Assembly (NCBI GenBank): GCA_030141605.1
Contig: JAQGDQ010000537.1
Coordinates: 62,001 to 126,000, forward strand
Length of the DNA: 64,000 nt
From: Tubiluchus corallicola
Taxonomy: Eukaryota; Animalia; Priapulida
Direction: 5' to 3'
Shown here: piece after piece, positions 37,519-51,977 of the stretch
How positions within the stretch are numbered: position 1 is the first letter of the stretch
How the letters are laid out: the number at the start of each line of letters is the position of its first letter
The notes under the pieces: model-generated
The model's input: the letters and a program-made list of their open reading frames with translations, nothing else
Told to the model about the DNA's origin: nothing
Databases searched by the model: none
Translations under genes and position numbers: made by a program

Positions 37519-38671
37519 CTGGAACAGTGAGTAACAGTGACAATAATTTTAAAGATCGTTAGAACCAGGCTACAGCATGAAGCAAACACATGTTCTAAAA
37601 GTAACAAATGCATAATTAATCTTATTTTATTAAAAGAAAGTAATAAGTACTACTACTAAGAAATCAAGTGAAAGCACGCATAACTCGAACACCTCGGGAC
37701 CGTAAAATTTGTTCGAGTTATGCAAAGGTACAAATTAGACAATCTTCGCCAGAAAGTAAGATTAAGTCATTCATCAACGTTGGACAATAAACTAGTAAAA
37801 CTACAGCCTGTGAAAATGACGAACTGAGTCTTTAATCAAATATCAAACAACAATTTTTAGGAATAATCAAAAATAATGACTGCTCCACCTCTATTGTAGT
37901 CTGAGTAGCATGGTTAATAGAATTCGGCAATAATAATATTATGATCTAGTTAATAAAGCACAAGAAAACCCTCCACTTACATAAAGCTTAAAACATTCAT
38001 CTTACAATTTTATACCACTTGCATACTGCCTTTTCGTATGCATGGCTTGCGTCGGCAGTAATGCTGTATAAAACTTGTAAATTTAAACTCCCGCGAAGAC
38101 AGTTAGGCCCAGCCGTTTTAGTGGTAGGTCGTTTGATACAAGTTTGGATAACACTGCATGAAGTTTGAAAAAATAATCAGATTATTCGTAGCAAACATGT
38201 TACTAAGTAAAATTTTTAATTACTGTATCTTGTCAAAAAGATTAAAAATGTTTTTAAAAAACAAAAAACTGAGTACGATATGTGTATAAAATTGCTGTAA
38301 AGTAATATAATTTTTTAAGGGGATTTTTCTGAAACCTACTTCAGCTACCCATTTCTTTCCTTTAAACCATGTTCGTTAAGCCATGTTGTGTGCAGCAGTC
38401 TGCTAAGTAATATATAAGAACTCTTAGCATTTTTTCTAAAACTAACAGTTAAAATCATAATGCTGCACACTTTCATGTAGGATTTCTCACTGGGGAGGCT
38501 GTTCAATATAGGCAGGGCAATTTCAGTTAGATTCCTATAAATTGTACCGGAGATTTGGTTTGAGTTACACGATAATTGAAAGGAAAGATCTGTTCCATGA
38601 CATCTGTTCAAGGCATGCAAGAATTCTTTTTATAACGAGTCGAGTTTTATAACGTAGTTTACCGTATTTAC

Positions 38672-38818
38672 CTAATGGGATGTCGTCAACGATCGGTGCA
38701 AGGAAGTCCAGCGACTGGTCAGCATCGGCCCGCATACCTATTAACTGTTCTTGAAGACTGGATTTCATTGAGAAGTGCAGATACGATTCTTCCCTCATGG
38801 CATCGGTGAAACATAACC
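38672..38818 (-). CDS. RSPH9: RSPH9, exon 4
   Basis: (G)LCFTDAMREESYLHF...SLDFLAPIVDDIPL; phase 1/1. Confidence 0.92.
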
Positions 38819-38855
38819 CTAGAACGACGTCAGTTTAACACATTTATTAACTTGT

Positions 38856-39381
38856 ACTGGCGTGTTGTATCTAAAATTACTGTGGGTCTGCTTCAGAAAA
38901 TTTTTAGTCATTGTTTTAATGCTGTGTAAAACGAAACAAACATATGTAATTTTAATGTTGTAATCTGTAATTGTAATTTTAAACAGATAAACATACGAAA
39001 TTTTACACATAAACTTGATGAGACGAAATCCTAAACCAAAAAATATTTTTGCTTACTAATAGTCTAAATTGTCACAGTTCAAGCTTGATCAATTCACGGT
39101 AAATGTGGCAACTGACAACAAACTGCCTGAGCGGCAGTACTTTCTTTACCTGGGCTCAGACATGTGCACACGGCCGCATGCGCACAACAGCCAAACACCG
39201 CGTTGCTGGAGTGCAATGTGCTGGGCTATAAAGCAAACAGTACTACCCTCATGTGCTCTGGTTCCGTACAAGTATAAAGAAAGGACTAAAGAAAAAGACT
39301 TACTATGTTGAATATTATTGATAACATGAGTGAAAATAGGGGGTGCTGCAGTTCCACAGTACCTATACACGAGGCGCCATT
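38856..39381. mobile_element. hAT-like MITE (CAGTGGCGGCTCGT family), degenerate ends
   Basis: Reverse-complement match to the 28725 and 29854 copies. Confidence 0.75.
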
Positions 39382-39626
39382 ATGCTTTTCATACACTGTT
39401 TTCCCTCTTTTGAAGACCCAAAAACAACTAAATATAATATGCTGACATTTTGCTTAGAGACTTTAATTTCATGTAACAAAATTAAGCAATTTCGTTTGTA
39501 AATTCCTGCTTGTGTACAAGATCAGCAATTCACATCATGACCTTTTTATCTCTCATCCAGTGGGATACTTTCAGAGAATCCACAAATATTTTTTATTTTG
39601 CAAAACAGCATGTGATAAACTATCAG

Positions 39627-39990
39627 TAGAGGTAAGCATTGAACGTTTGAATTCGATTCAAACAGGTTTTTTAGTTCGAATCGAATTATAGATTCGAACA
39701 ATTCAGCATTTCAGCCAAATATGTTCTTTATCATTAAAATGTTTGCAACAGCATGCAATTAGCACAGTTTAGCTGCAGTTTCTGTGCAAAATTTTTAACA
39801 AACTAATAATAGCTTTATTGCAGAACAAAATCAAGTAATATGCATGATCTTTGTAAGACCACTTTTTACTAGTGGTTCGAAAATCTGTCAAACTCAATTA
39901 AAATTCCATTCAGAATATTGAAATTCGGTTTGATTAGAAATCGAAAGTCGCAAATTTGATTCGCTTTCTGGGGGAGAATGCTCACTCCTA
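39627..39990. mobile_element. hAT-like MITE
   Basis: 8-bp TSD ACTATCAG / ACTATCAA; homolog of 32782-33263. Confidence 0.8.
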
Positions 39991-40051
39991 ACTATCAAGC
40001 CTTTTTTATGTAAACAGGTAAAGGATTTGTCAATATTTATTTTGTACTAAC

Positions 40052-40181
40052 CATCAAAACTCCGATTAGGTTTGACAATGCCTTTGTGGGTGCGTAGATA
40101 AGAGCCACGAGGAATAATAGCAGCTTCGTCATTCATATCATCAATTGTAGTTGCCAATCTGTCTTCTTCCTTGACTGTGAG
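40052..40181 (-). CDS. RSPH9: RSPH9, exon 3
   Basis: LTVKEEDRLATTIDDMNDEAAIIPRGSY...NRSFD(G). Confidence 0.95.
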
Positions 40182-40221
40182 CTAAGAAAAACATAAAAAT
40201 CACATTCTGACTTTTACACAC

Positions 40222-40223
<2 letters not shown>

Positions 40224-40318
<95 letters not shown>

Positions 40319-40336
40319 TCTCTCTCTCTTCCTCCC

Positions 40337-40435
<99 letters not shown>

Positions 40436-40545
40436 TCCCCCCTCTCTCTCTCTGTCTCTCTGTCTGTTCTCTCTCTCTTTCACTCTCTCTCCTTTCTCTC
40501 TCTCTCCCCTCTCTCTCTCCCCTCTCTCTCACCTTCTCTCTTTCT
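40224..40545. repeat. (CT)n microsatellite in RSPH9 intron 2
   Basis: Directly visible. Confidence 0.98.
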
Positions 40546-40704
40546 CCTAAATGAACTATATCAAAATATTTGAATATTGTTGTCTTTCTCTCTATCACCC
40601 TCTTGCTTTGCCTGAATACGGTTTGTTTGATGGCCATTCTTTCTGCCTATCCTGTTTTCTTATTTCCCAGTTCTTAATGAAGGTATCATTTTCAGTAGAC
40701 CTAC

Positions 40705-40852
40705 GGTAACTGGTTCAGCTTGATCAGCTTGCATTTCTGTAACTTCAAATTCATATGCAGGATCACCGGTGAAACGGCCAATGACCCGTCTTGATTTCTG
40801 TCGTCTTTCTTCATCTGGCTTGGGAAGTAAATTCCATTTTAAACAATCTTGG
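40705..40852 (-). CDS. RSPH9: RSPH9, exon 2
   Basis: (S)QDCLKWNLLP...IGRFTGDPAYEF...; canonical splice sites. Confidence 0.95.
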
Positions 40853-42411
40853 CTAAAAAATAGATGGGTAATACATTATTAATTACTTCTATGAGTATTA
40901 GACTATTAATAATTGATAGAACACTAGGTTGAACTTAATCATATTTCAATTATAACTTTTAATGTATCATTGCAGCTAAATACAGCTCCTAGAGCATTAT
41001 TTATAAGCTGCTAAGCAAGCATGCCCGTTCTTTGCACTTAGTGAAGTTTATATGTGCAAGAATAACAATTTTCCGTTGATTTTCTGAGCAGCATTTTTGT
41101 TCTCAGCTGGGAAACTATGTCTATAACTAATATGGAGTTTACACGACGGCTACGCAGGTTGAATCCGCATTCAAGCCCTATTATTCGCTATCGTGCGAAA
41201 ATCTGTAACATCTAATTAACAACAATCACGGCTAGTCGACTTTGGAACTGCCATGGAACTTTAGTTAAAATGCTGCAAAACTGCCAAACATGTTAAATCA
41301 CCATGGATGCTCGATATAATGATTAGCGGCATAGATATGAGACCACGAATAAATAAGAGCAGAAAATGGTAGCAATGAGCGTTAATGCTCTGCTGTCCAT
41401 GATTGCAACTTTGGCGCCAAAGTTATGCGTATTCAATTTTGATTAGTTTATTACTGTAGTATTTGAACGTATTTGTAATACTTAGGTTGTGTAGTATCTC
41501 TAATGTTTTATATCTGTGGTGTTTGTTTGAAGCTACATTTGTATATAGCCCATTGCTTTACACATAAACCCAAATTATTGTACTGTTCGAATGTTTAATT
41601 GTACCGTGAGATGGTTTTGTGTTTATGTGACGGTACATGTGTATATTACCTGTATGATATGTATTATTTTATATGAGATTGTATTTGTAAAAGTGTGCTT
41701 TAGTTTTCTCTTAGGTAGGAGTATTTTGCTGTAGCTTATATCACTATTTACCAGTGTAGCCCAGGCAATCACTGAATGATATTTCACATTGTATAATGTA
41801 TGCTATCATTATTTTATGGCAAATAAATATACTTATGTATATATTTATAGCAGGCCGCAAACAGGCCATTTGTTACAAATGACTGAGTTCTCCATTGCCG
41901 GTTGTAGTGCTGAATATGAGCAGACTTAATTACTAATGCGAAAATATTCTGCATTATTGTCTACTGCAAGCTTCTTTCACCCCGGTACATAATGCAACAG
42001 CTGAACAATATTTGTCAGCCACCACAAGAGCTACCTAGTGGTGGATGAACGCTGCCTTTGTTATTAGTTAATTGGTTAGTGACCGGATACAGCCGGCATT
42101 GCTTTCATGTAAACTCTATACAAGGAGATTTACATCCACAATAAATGAAGTCCAAATTTAAAAGCTAAGATTGAGGTTAAAACTAAGATGATTAGCATCA
42201 TTTTTAGGCCATATACCTTATCAAAAGAAAGATGAATAAGAAAAATGAACAAAATTAAGCAATGTATGACATTTAAACTAAGAGCTGTCAATAGCAGTGA
42301 GCAGCAAATATGTTGCATGGAGATCACAAGTAAAAAAATTAGCAATTTATTTTTTTTCTGTTCCTGTAACAATAAGTCATCACACATCTGATTCACCATC
42401 CCTAGACTTAC

Positions 42412-42638
42412 CTGTAAAAATATGTCACGTCTTTTAAATAATTTTCTCCAACTCCTTTTGCTATATAATAATCTCTGGCTATTCCTAAAATCTTTCCCCA
42501 AAAGAAAAAACCGTGAAATTTGTTTTCTGCTTTTAGTACTGGTAAAGAAGTTTGAAGAGCTGTCTTTTGCTCAATGCTAAATATAACACCTGTCGACGAA
42601 ACAAAGTCAAATTCTTGAAATAATCGTTGAAATTCCAT
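42412..42638 (-). CDS. RSPH9: RSPH9, exon 1
   Basis: MEFQRL...SIEQKTALQTSL...FWGKILGIARDYYIA; AG|GTAAGT donor. Confidence 0.95.
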
Positions 42639-42743
42639 TATGCAGCACTATTACTGAAACCTTTGTTTCTACAACTTGGACTTTAAATGTAAGCAGAGCT
42701 TTGCGTTTTTAAGTTCCAACGCCATATTGTGTACACACTGTAG

Positions 42744-42756
42744 GTTGCTAGGTAAC
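42744..42756. promoter_or_regulatory. RFX X-box upstream of RSPH9
   Basis: GTTGCTAGGTAAC fits the X-box consensus, ~105 bp upstream of the ATG of a motile-cilia gene. Confidence 0.7.
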
Positions 42757-43299
42757 TGATGATATCTTCGCCCTCTGTTGTTCACAATGTTATTTAAATT
42801 GCATAGAACAGTGACTCTGTAACGTGTGGCTAAATGGTTGCCTTGCCGCTGGGCCAATCAATTCATGTTTTTATAAGGGGGTCTATATGTTGTGTTAATA
42901 GTGTTAATAATCTTTCATAGACATAATAAACATCGCACTGATTTTTCTGTAGCTGTAGGTTTAGTCCATAATGACACCAGACGCAATTAATGATATTTAA
43001 TGCTCATGTTGTTGATGGATTCAAAGTTAAATTGACCCCTGGATATTCGGCCACAGTGACAGTGGAATTCGGAAACAAGAAAATCCGGCCACAGTAAATT
43101 TGTCTCCCGGGATTTTCCACTCCAAAAATTTGCTTAGGTTAGTTTCAAGTTTGCCACAACATTATGAGAACATCATGCCCAGGGCACAGACCTACAGACT
43201 ATTGGATACCCATCAACTGGCCTTCATATGGCTCCAACCTAGATGTCTAGGTGCATTTATTTGGGCCATTCATTTGACGATGATCACTTGGTGGATTTA

Positions 43300-43550
43300 T
43301 AATAATGATGATGGCAGTGATGATGATTGAAGGTGATGGAAAAGATGGTGATGATTACAGATGATGATGTTTATAATGATGGTGGTGATTGGTAATGACT
43401 TTTATAATATTGATGATGAGAACGATGATGATAGTGTTTATGATAACGATAATGTCAATGATGATCATGATTGATGAGGATAATGATGATGATGGTGAAG
43501 ATGATGGTGGTGGTGATGTTGATGATGATGATGATGACGACAGTGATGTT
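43300..43550. repeat. Degenerate (GAT)n tract
   Basis: Directly visible. Confidence 0.9.
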
Positions 43551-44129
43551 TAAAAAACTCCAATGTTTAAGCACATGACGTTTAAATACAGTAAATTTTT
43601 GACACAGACAAGTTTAGGACAGGACATTTGATATACACATAGAAATTCGGACACAGGTAATATTTGACCCAAGGAAGTTTAGACACAGAATGTTGGGATA
43701 TGGTACGTTTGGAAACAAGTAAGCCTGGACACACATGAGTTTGGCCACAACAAAGTTTAGATGTAGGACGTTTGAATGCAAGGCATTTGAACGCAAGGAA
43801 GCTTGGACACAGATGCCAGCAGATATAGACATACGTATGTTCAGACAAGGACGACTGGACACAGAACTTTTGGACACAGTCAAGTATCATCATTGCGGCC
43901 CTTATTTGCTCCAAAGCAATGAAAGGCTGCAATACAGCAAACTTATTAGGTGACAATGGCGTTGATCTGCTATCTGACAGAAGCCTTTTTCACAAACTGT
44001 AACTGTATATTTTATAAAATTGTCACTAAATTGTGTCATTTCTTTCTATATAAATTACTGCCCCCTACTAATAACGAATTATCTGCTTACTTATTAAAAA
44101 ATCGTAATAACTTATCTTGATTCTGTATT

Positions 44130-44870
44130 CGTTGTGATTACTCTCACAATTCTTTCTTTCCTTCAGCTGTGCCCGTTTGGAATAAGCTTCCTTCTTATAT
44201 ACAATTATCAACGTCGATCAGTAGCGTCAAACGTTGAAGAATTAAATCGTTTCGTAAACAGACCCAAATATTTAACTCATGGTAAAATTCCGTACTGTAT
44301 ACACCATACTCGCTTAAGAATAGATTTTTCTCAGCTTAATCATTATTTAGACACGCACAGTTGTAAAGATTCTAGTGGTAATATTGTTGGTAAAAATGTT
44401 CTTGTGGTTATTATATTGAATCTGTTACCCATTATTTGCTCGAATGCCCTCTATATGCTGTAAGTAGAGAGCAACGCATACGCAAGTTCTTCGATTTGTA
44501 CTTGAATAATATCATTTCATTTGACATTATTCTTTTGGATACTGAATCTCTAATTAGTATACTCTTAAACAGTAGTACCCTTCTAAACCATGGCCAAAAT
44601 ATAGTTGTATTTGATATTGTTCAAACATATATAAAAATACTCGTCGATTCGCTCATTAATGTGGTTCATTTGATGCCTTTTGCTATTTAGTACTCAGCAT
44701 TGTACTAATGTACGTATTTCATTGTACATTAATCTATTTCTATCATTTCATCTGTTACACCACCTGTATACCATTTCTTCTTTCTGAGGCATCTTTGTCA
44801 GTGGTAACTGTGGCCAAAGGTTTATTTTTGTCTGTCCATTTGACAATAATAAAAATATGGTTATTATAAA
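44130..44870 (+). mobile_element. Degenerate LINE 3' fragment
   Basis: HTRLRIDFSQLN..L, then frameshifted HYLLECPLY zinc-knuckle remnant. Confidence 0.6.
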
Positions 44871-47558
44871 AAGTATCATCATCATCAGCGCCACCACTGC
44901 CGCCATCACTCAAGTTGGAATCACGTAGACACATTACACTGGACTCATTGGTGCATACTGCATACTAAACGGTCACTCGTCGATGTTGCATTAATAAAAC
45001 ATAAAATCGTCAGCCTGAGAAATTAAGTCTTTAAATTTGTGCTGAAATGTGTTAATTGTTGTTCGTTAAATAAGAAAGAAGTAATCGAGTAGTTAAATTT
45101 AAAAGTGAAACCGAGAGGATTCCTCACGAAAATGGAACATGCAGTATTTCTACCTACGGCAATTTTCCTCACGAGGAGGATACATTACTTCCAGTAGAAT
45201 TAATCACTAGGAATTGTATGAGGAATTTTGCCGCGCCTTCTTACTGTGAAATTCGCCTAGGACCGTCTTGAAAATTTGCAACCCCAAATATAGAGCTGCC
45301 CAAGACAATACCTCTTTTCATCTGAAACAAGATAATTCTTAACGTTTCAAAATGACAACAACTTGAAACACAGTTTGCCATGCAAGTCTATGCTTGAAGG
45401 AAAAAATAAGTTTATTTTGACCAATTATCAACCATTCGACTGGCTGTCGCAGTAAACCATAAACCCACGATACAGATAATTAATGACGCACAGAGATCAC
45501 GTCCATCCGTAAACAACAACAAAATTGCATTATGTTATTATTTTTGTGAAAGTTCTTAAAATACGTCCACAATTCAATTACAGTTTAGCAAGATCTATAG
45601 AACGCCAGAGAGTCGTTATTCATCTGCAAAGTTCGTTTCTCTGATAACAAGAATTCCCACTTGTAATATGTATCAGAATCGCGTAGTGTGGACTAGAAGT
45701 CACTCCTTATAACCTATTCTGAGCATCCTGTCACAAGTGTAAGAAACATCTGCTTCTGACGGCGCAGAGCCATACATGATTGCTTGATGTTCTTTTCTTG
45801 GAAAATTAAACGTCTTATATATATATATTGTTATAACAGTCTGCACGGAAGAAAAGTTTTAAAGGAAATGCCAAGCCTTCCGGGAAGTTCAGCTTACTTC
45901 AATGTTTGCAAAAAATGTTAGAAATGCTTAGTAATAAAACTGCAATAAGCGCCTCGTGTAATTAGTAAAATCACTTTAAAGTCGCGATCACTTCATGCTT
46001 AGACGCTTCCATTTTCAATGCCCAATCTTCTTCCAATGACGTCATTCGTTTTGAAGAAAAGTAGCGCACTGTGATTCCGTTAAAAGTAGAATAAGCTTTT
46101 GCAAAAACATCATATAGCTGATTTTGCAACATTTTTTCATGAATATTATGTTACCTCAACAAATAAAATGTTAGTACGATCGCTAATTAGGCAATTAATG
46201 TCAATTAATCAATTACCCGACTACGGGAGCTTCGGCTGGGTCGGAATGGCTATGATGAATACCAGATCGACCTCAGACCACGAAATACGCGTTGTGAAGT
46301 AAATCTGTATCTCCCAAGTTTACCGCAATAAGCCGCTTCAATATGATTATGCTTTATGGTAGATTCGAGTGACAGATAGTATTTCTACGAGTATGCAAGG
46401 TTCCTGAGTAATACTAAATCGCACAAATCAAAGTGAACATGCTATTGACAATGATATACAGGTTTATTGATTTGACAAATTTATAATAATATGTTTTAAC
46501 AATAACAACATTCAAATAAATGTACGCCTGTAGCGTTTACAATCAGTGTCCAAATTTTACGACTGCAGTGTCGCTATACAACTCAATATAATCTCCTACA
46601 ATTTCGAAACAACTGTTACTTTAATCAGAGCATAAAATCTTCCACCGTTAAGTACAAATTACTTAACAACACTAAATAATGTATAAAGTTACTCGGGGAT
46701 TGGCCAATCTTACAAGTTCCTTTAATTGTACATACATTAATTCAAGATACAAGCTGGGTGAGTCATTTTCCTGAACGGAATAATCTTCGTTCAGATGCCA
46801 ATTATTTATTAATTGAGTTCAATTTTATTTTCCTGATGAATGATTCAACATTCTAAAATAAATTCATGACAATTAGGTAAGCTACAGAAATTTGAATTAG
46901 TTTAAGCAACACGCGCTTACGGAAAGTCACGACGCGCTTACGAAAAGCCACGAAGTCCCCCAGTTACGTCATAATTTTCAAAAGAATGGCGGCAGCCTCT
47001 ATGCCTGAAAATTTCTATTCAGAGGTGGCATATTTTAAATTTATGCTTTATGGAAATGTTTTTGTAGATTTCTTTGCTATATTTTTTCTAAGCATAAGTG
47101 ATAACAGTAAAACAAAAACCAAGATACTGAGTTACTTGTTTCTTTCCTTTAATAACTCGTGATTATAATGTACTGAACTCGTATTAGCCTTTTTTCTTGA
47201 GTGAAAATAATGTAATTAAATTACAATAAGATGCTGTACAATATCCACGCTTTATTAGATCAAATATTCTTAGCTCTTCGCAAAGAATTGTTTGCACTCA
47301 TTCTAGCTAGTTTCTCATAAAGACGCTTGCTTATAAAAGTGCTTTATTTTATTTATTTAGTATACAGTTAATATTAATGATCTTACATGACATCAAGCAA
47401 ATGATTAATGGCAGGAAACAGAAATAAAAACTTGTTAGATGTTTGCGTGGTTGTGAGAGACTGCTACTTTATGATGTCCAAAATCAAAAATTCAAGTATA
47501 ATCTAGTCTAGGCAGCTTTAACACTCGGGTATAGTTTATCCTGGGGGTATAGTATGGC

Positions 47559-47926
47559 CAGGGCCTATTTCAGCCTAAACGAGGCCCGGGGAAGTGGGGC
47601 ATGTGAGGCCGGGGGGCACCATCATGGTTGACGCCCAGAAAAGTTTTGAACTGCTAGAACGCCAGAGAAGCATTTTCGAAGAGAAAATATGGAGTTATAC
47701 AGTTGTTAAAGGAAAGAACAATTGAAAGAAAAACTACGTTATTCTCAAGACCAGTCCTTAATACTTGTCAATACTGGCAATACTGGCATGCGACAAGAGA
47801 GGGGGGGGGAGAGGAGGTAGTATGTTCGCATAAAGCAAAAAAATGTTACCTTGGCGCGAGGCCCCCTGGAGGGTGAGGCCCCGGGGAAGTATCCCCACTT
47901 CCCCCCCCCCCCTGAAATAGGCCCTG
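47559..47926. mobile_element. hAT-like MITE
   Basis: CAGGGCCTATTTCAG / CTGAAATAGGCCCTG perfect 15-bp TIR; TSD AGTATGGC / ACTATGGG; GAGGCCC subterminal repeats. Confidence 0.85.
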
Positions 47927-48544
47927 ACTATGGGCCTGTTACACCGGGTCGCAGAGTACGAAGATTTTAACTGCCTGACTTTGAATGGTTTTCTTCCGGC
48001 TATTTCTTAAAGTTGTGTTTTCTGACCATTTACTCAAGGTCAATGATAGCCTGACCAAATCTGCTCCTCTTTGAATTGTCCAAATATGGTTGCCCAACTT
48101 CTGGCGATTTTAGGATAGATTTCTTTTATTTAAAGGAAAACTGAACGATGGTGACATTACTTCAAAATAATCATTACCATCACACCAGTACGACAACATA
48201 CACACTAATTCAGAATTCATATATCCACGGCCATATTAATTAAATCATAGGTTTTTTTCATTTTTTTGTGCATAGTTGTAAATATGTTTGATTTTATTCG
48301 TCGTTACTTTCCATTACTGCACAGTAGTTTAGATTGCACTGACGCATTTGCCTTTAGCAGTGTAAGGTTTTAGTAACTAACACTGATTGATCATCTGTGT
48401 AAAGTTTTTATCAGTGATTATCAATGTATTTTAATGATAAGTAAAGATTATTATATATATATATATATAAAGTATGCTCTAAAACGTTGTTAACTACAAC
48501 AGACAGCTTTTTTTAAATCAAATTTTAGATAAAATAATAAGTCT

Positions 48545-48924
48545 TCAGCGAATCCGCTAAGACTGGCAGTGGCGTCTTTCTGTTACGTTCCCATGGCCGA
48601 CAAATAGGCGTGTTACCGTAATAAGCATAATCATGAACAGATCCGTGTTCGTCTGTGACGTAGAACTCATATTCGTGACATCACAACAGCGTCTTGCAGT
48701 AATCTTCGCTTACGCAAACGTGCTTGATGCACAGGGAAGATGCCTACCATTGCAGGAACTGTGGCTAGTTTGTGACGTAAGCAATAGCTGTGTTCGACTG
48801 CCGTTAATTAACATTCCAAAGTAATTATTGAAGTATTAGAAACAATTTCTAACTTCTATATGCAAGAAAATGTGTATTTTGGGCAGTAAATTAAAATGAG
48901 GTTGAGTCTAATCCGGTTTTTCCT
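48545..48924. mobile_element. Kolobok-like MITE family 2 (one end visible)
   Basis: Homologous to 57062-57431 and ~13100-13470, all ending CCGGT(T/C)TTCCT next to TTAA or a TTAA-like site. Confidence 0.7.
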
Positions 48925-48929
48925 TTTCA

Positions 48930-49620
48930 AGGACAAGCAAAGGGGATCCGGAGGTAGGTTTTAGAAAAATCGCCTAAAGTTATATTACTTTATAGCAATT
49001 TTATGCGTATATCGTTCTCGTATTGAAGGGATTTTTAGTTTTTTTTCATTTTAAATCTCCCGCAATACTATACCGGCAGCGCCATTACATGACGTCATTT
49101 GCGCACAACGTAAATCAGGAGAAGAAACGGAAATGTTAAACTATTTCCCAAAAAACTTGTCGTGCAAAATTATGTTACTTAGCATTTCGCTTACCTGCTT
49201 GAAAGACTTATGTAACTAGAAAAAAATTATTAATTATTTAAAATGTTTTCACCAATTGGTAAAATGTCACTGGCTCACCCTCCAGGGTGCACCACTCACC
49301 AATAAAAAAAAACGTATTTTTAGTCTTATTGACAAGATACAGTAATTTAAAATTTTACTCAGTTAGTGACGTCTCTAACGTCTGCTCTAGGAATGCTGTG
49401 ATTATTTTTTCAAACTTTACTCAGTGTTATCTAAACTTGTTTCAAATGACTTATCGCCAAAATGGCTGCGTCTAACGGTCATCGCGGGAGTCTAAATTTA
49501 CATGTTATATACAGAGTTATTGCCGACGCAAGTCCTGTAAGCAAAAATGCCGTGTGTAAGTGGCATAGAATTTCAAGTCGAATTTTTGAGCTTTGTGTAA
49601 GTGGAGGGTTTTCTTGTGCT
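48930..49620. mobile_element. Kolobok-like MITE family 3
   Basis: AGGACAAG ... CTTGTGCT|TTAA; second copy at 59967-60600. Confidence 0.8.
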
Positions 49621-49624
49621 TTAA

Positions 49625-50217
49625 AGGAAGACAGGATGATTTTTAATACACTCCCCAATTTTAAGTCCGATAGAAAGTATACATTTTAACACCATTAATA
49701 CTGCAAATGTGTTTCTGATAATTAAATAATAAATTAAAATCTTAATTAACAGCAGGCGAACCCAACCATTAATGACATCACAAACTAATATACCTAATTT
49801 TCAACAGCAAAAACATTCCACGAGCGTGTTGCACGAGCTACTGTAAGACATTCAGTGTGTTGCACTAAAACTAGGCAAGTTTTAAGATAAAAATTCAAAT
49901 TTCAAATTCACCGCTGTGCTCGCGCATCAGCTGTCGAACGTGTGCAGTTCGTCACAAACCAACATATCTGAACTGAGAGGTACAGCACCCGTTTTCTGTG
50001 CAATGCGTTTCCGAAATGCAGGCGCTGGTGCCTGTCTTACTAGCGAATGGTGAAATGCATGTAACAGTGAAGAACTAGTGGCGCGAACGTGAAATTGTGT
50101 TTGAGTGGTAATAATTTTTTCATGTAAGCCATTTTTTAAAAAATAGCATGTTTCCTTTCAATATTTTAAAGAGTTGATTGTTTTGACCTACAACTTAAGA
50201 TTGGGTCCGGCTTTGCT
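49625..50217 (-). mobile_element. Kolobok-like MITE family 1
   Basis: TTAA|AGGAAGACAGG ... CCGGCTTTGCT. Confidence 0.85.
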
Positions 50218-50685
50218 GTAAGCATTCTGCCTGCCAAATGTTTACAATAATGTAAACCAAAGCGTCTCGCTAACGTTATCGAATGCAAACCTCGACTAAA
50301 GTTTGTGAACAAACTTTGCAGTTCCTGACAATTATTAAGATTAATTCTATACCAAACAATACTACATAACCAAGTTGATAACTTGCAATATTATTAAGGT
50401 GCCAGCAATGAACTTGACGGGTTACCATTGACAAATAAAAACTGTGACATCTTCAAAACAACTTTTTGTGTTAACATTAAATCGTAAAATTTATTTATTT
50501 GGAACACAAAGTGGACAATAGTCAGTTTATGTTAAACTCAAATACCAATAATATAATGCACAAGATCAATAATTATATACGTTAATAGAAACAAACTTTT
50601 TACAAATTTTAGACTACATAAATTTTTTTCTTCGACTATCTTTACGTTTTTTTCATATTTTTATTTCAGCATTTTCGGGGACGTT

Positions 50686-50885
50686 TCATTGGCGACTCAT
50701 GAATCCAGTTTCAACGAGTTTGTCCAAAAAGAATTTTGTATCTCCAAGCGCAGATTCTTTGATTCCCATTTCTCGAAGCAATCCCAGGTTCCCTTTCTCC
50801 ACGGCGGCCATGACATTACGTAAATGTTCAACGTCTGACGTCAGCAGATGAAGCACGCGTCCAAAATCGTCTGCTGTTTTGCTTT
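50686..50885 (-). CDS. Prohormone-4 / IDLSRF-like neuropeptide precursor, last exon
   Basis: (E)SKTADDFGRVLHLLTSDVEHLRNVMAAVEKGNLGLLREMGIKESALGDTKFFLDKLVETGFMSRQ* matches the conserved prohormone-4 C-terminus; TTTCAG acceptor. Confidence 0.9.
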
Positions 50886-50937
50886 CTGAAATGCGAGCAA
50901 CAATACAAAATGATCTTTAGTGAATGTATGTGAAATA

Positions 50938-51860
<923 letters not shown>

Positions 51861-51918
51861 TAAGAGATCATTAGGATTGGCTAACACACATAAATATACA
51901 TAGTTACATAGATAGAGA

Positions 51919-51977
<59 letters not shown>

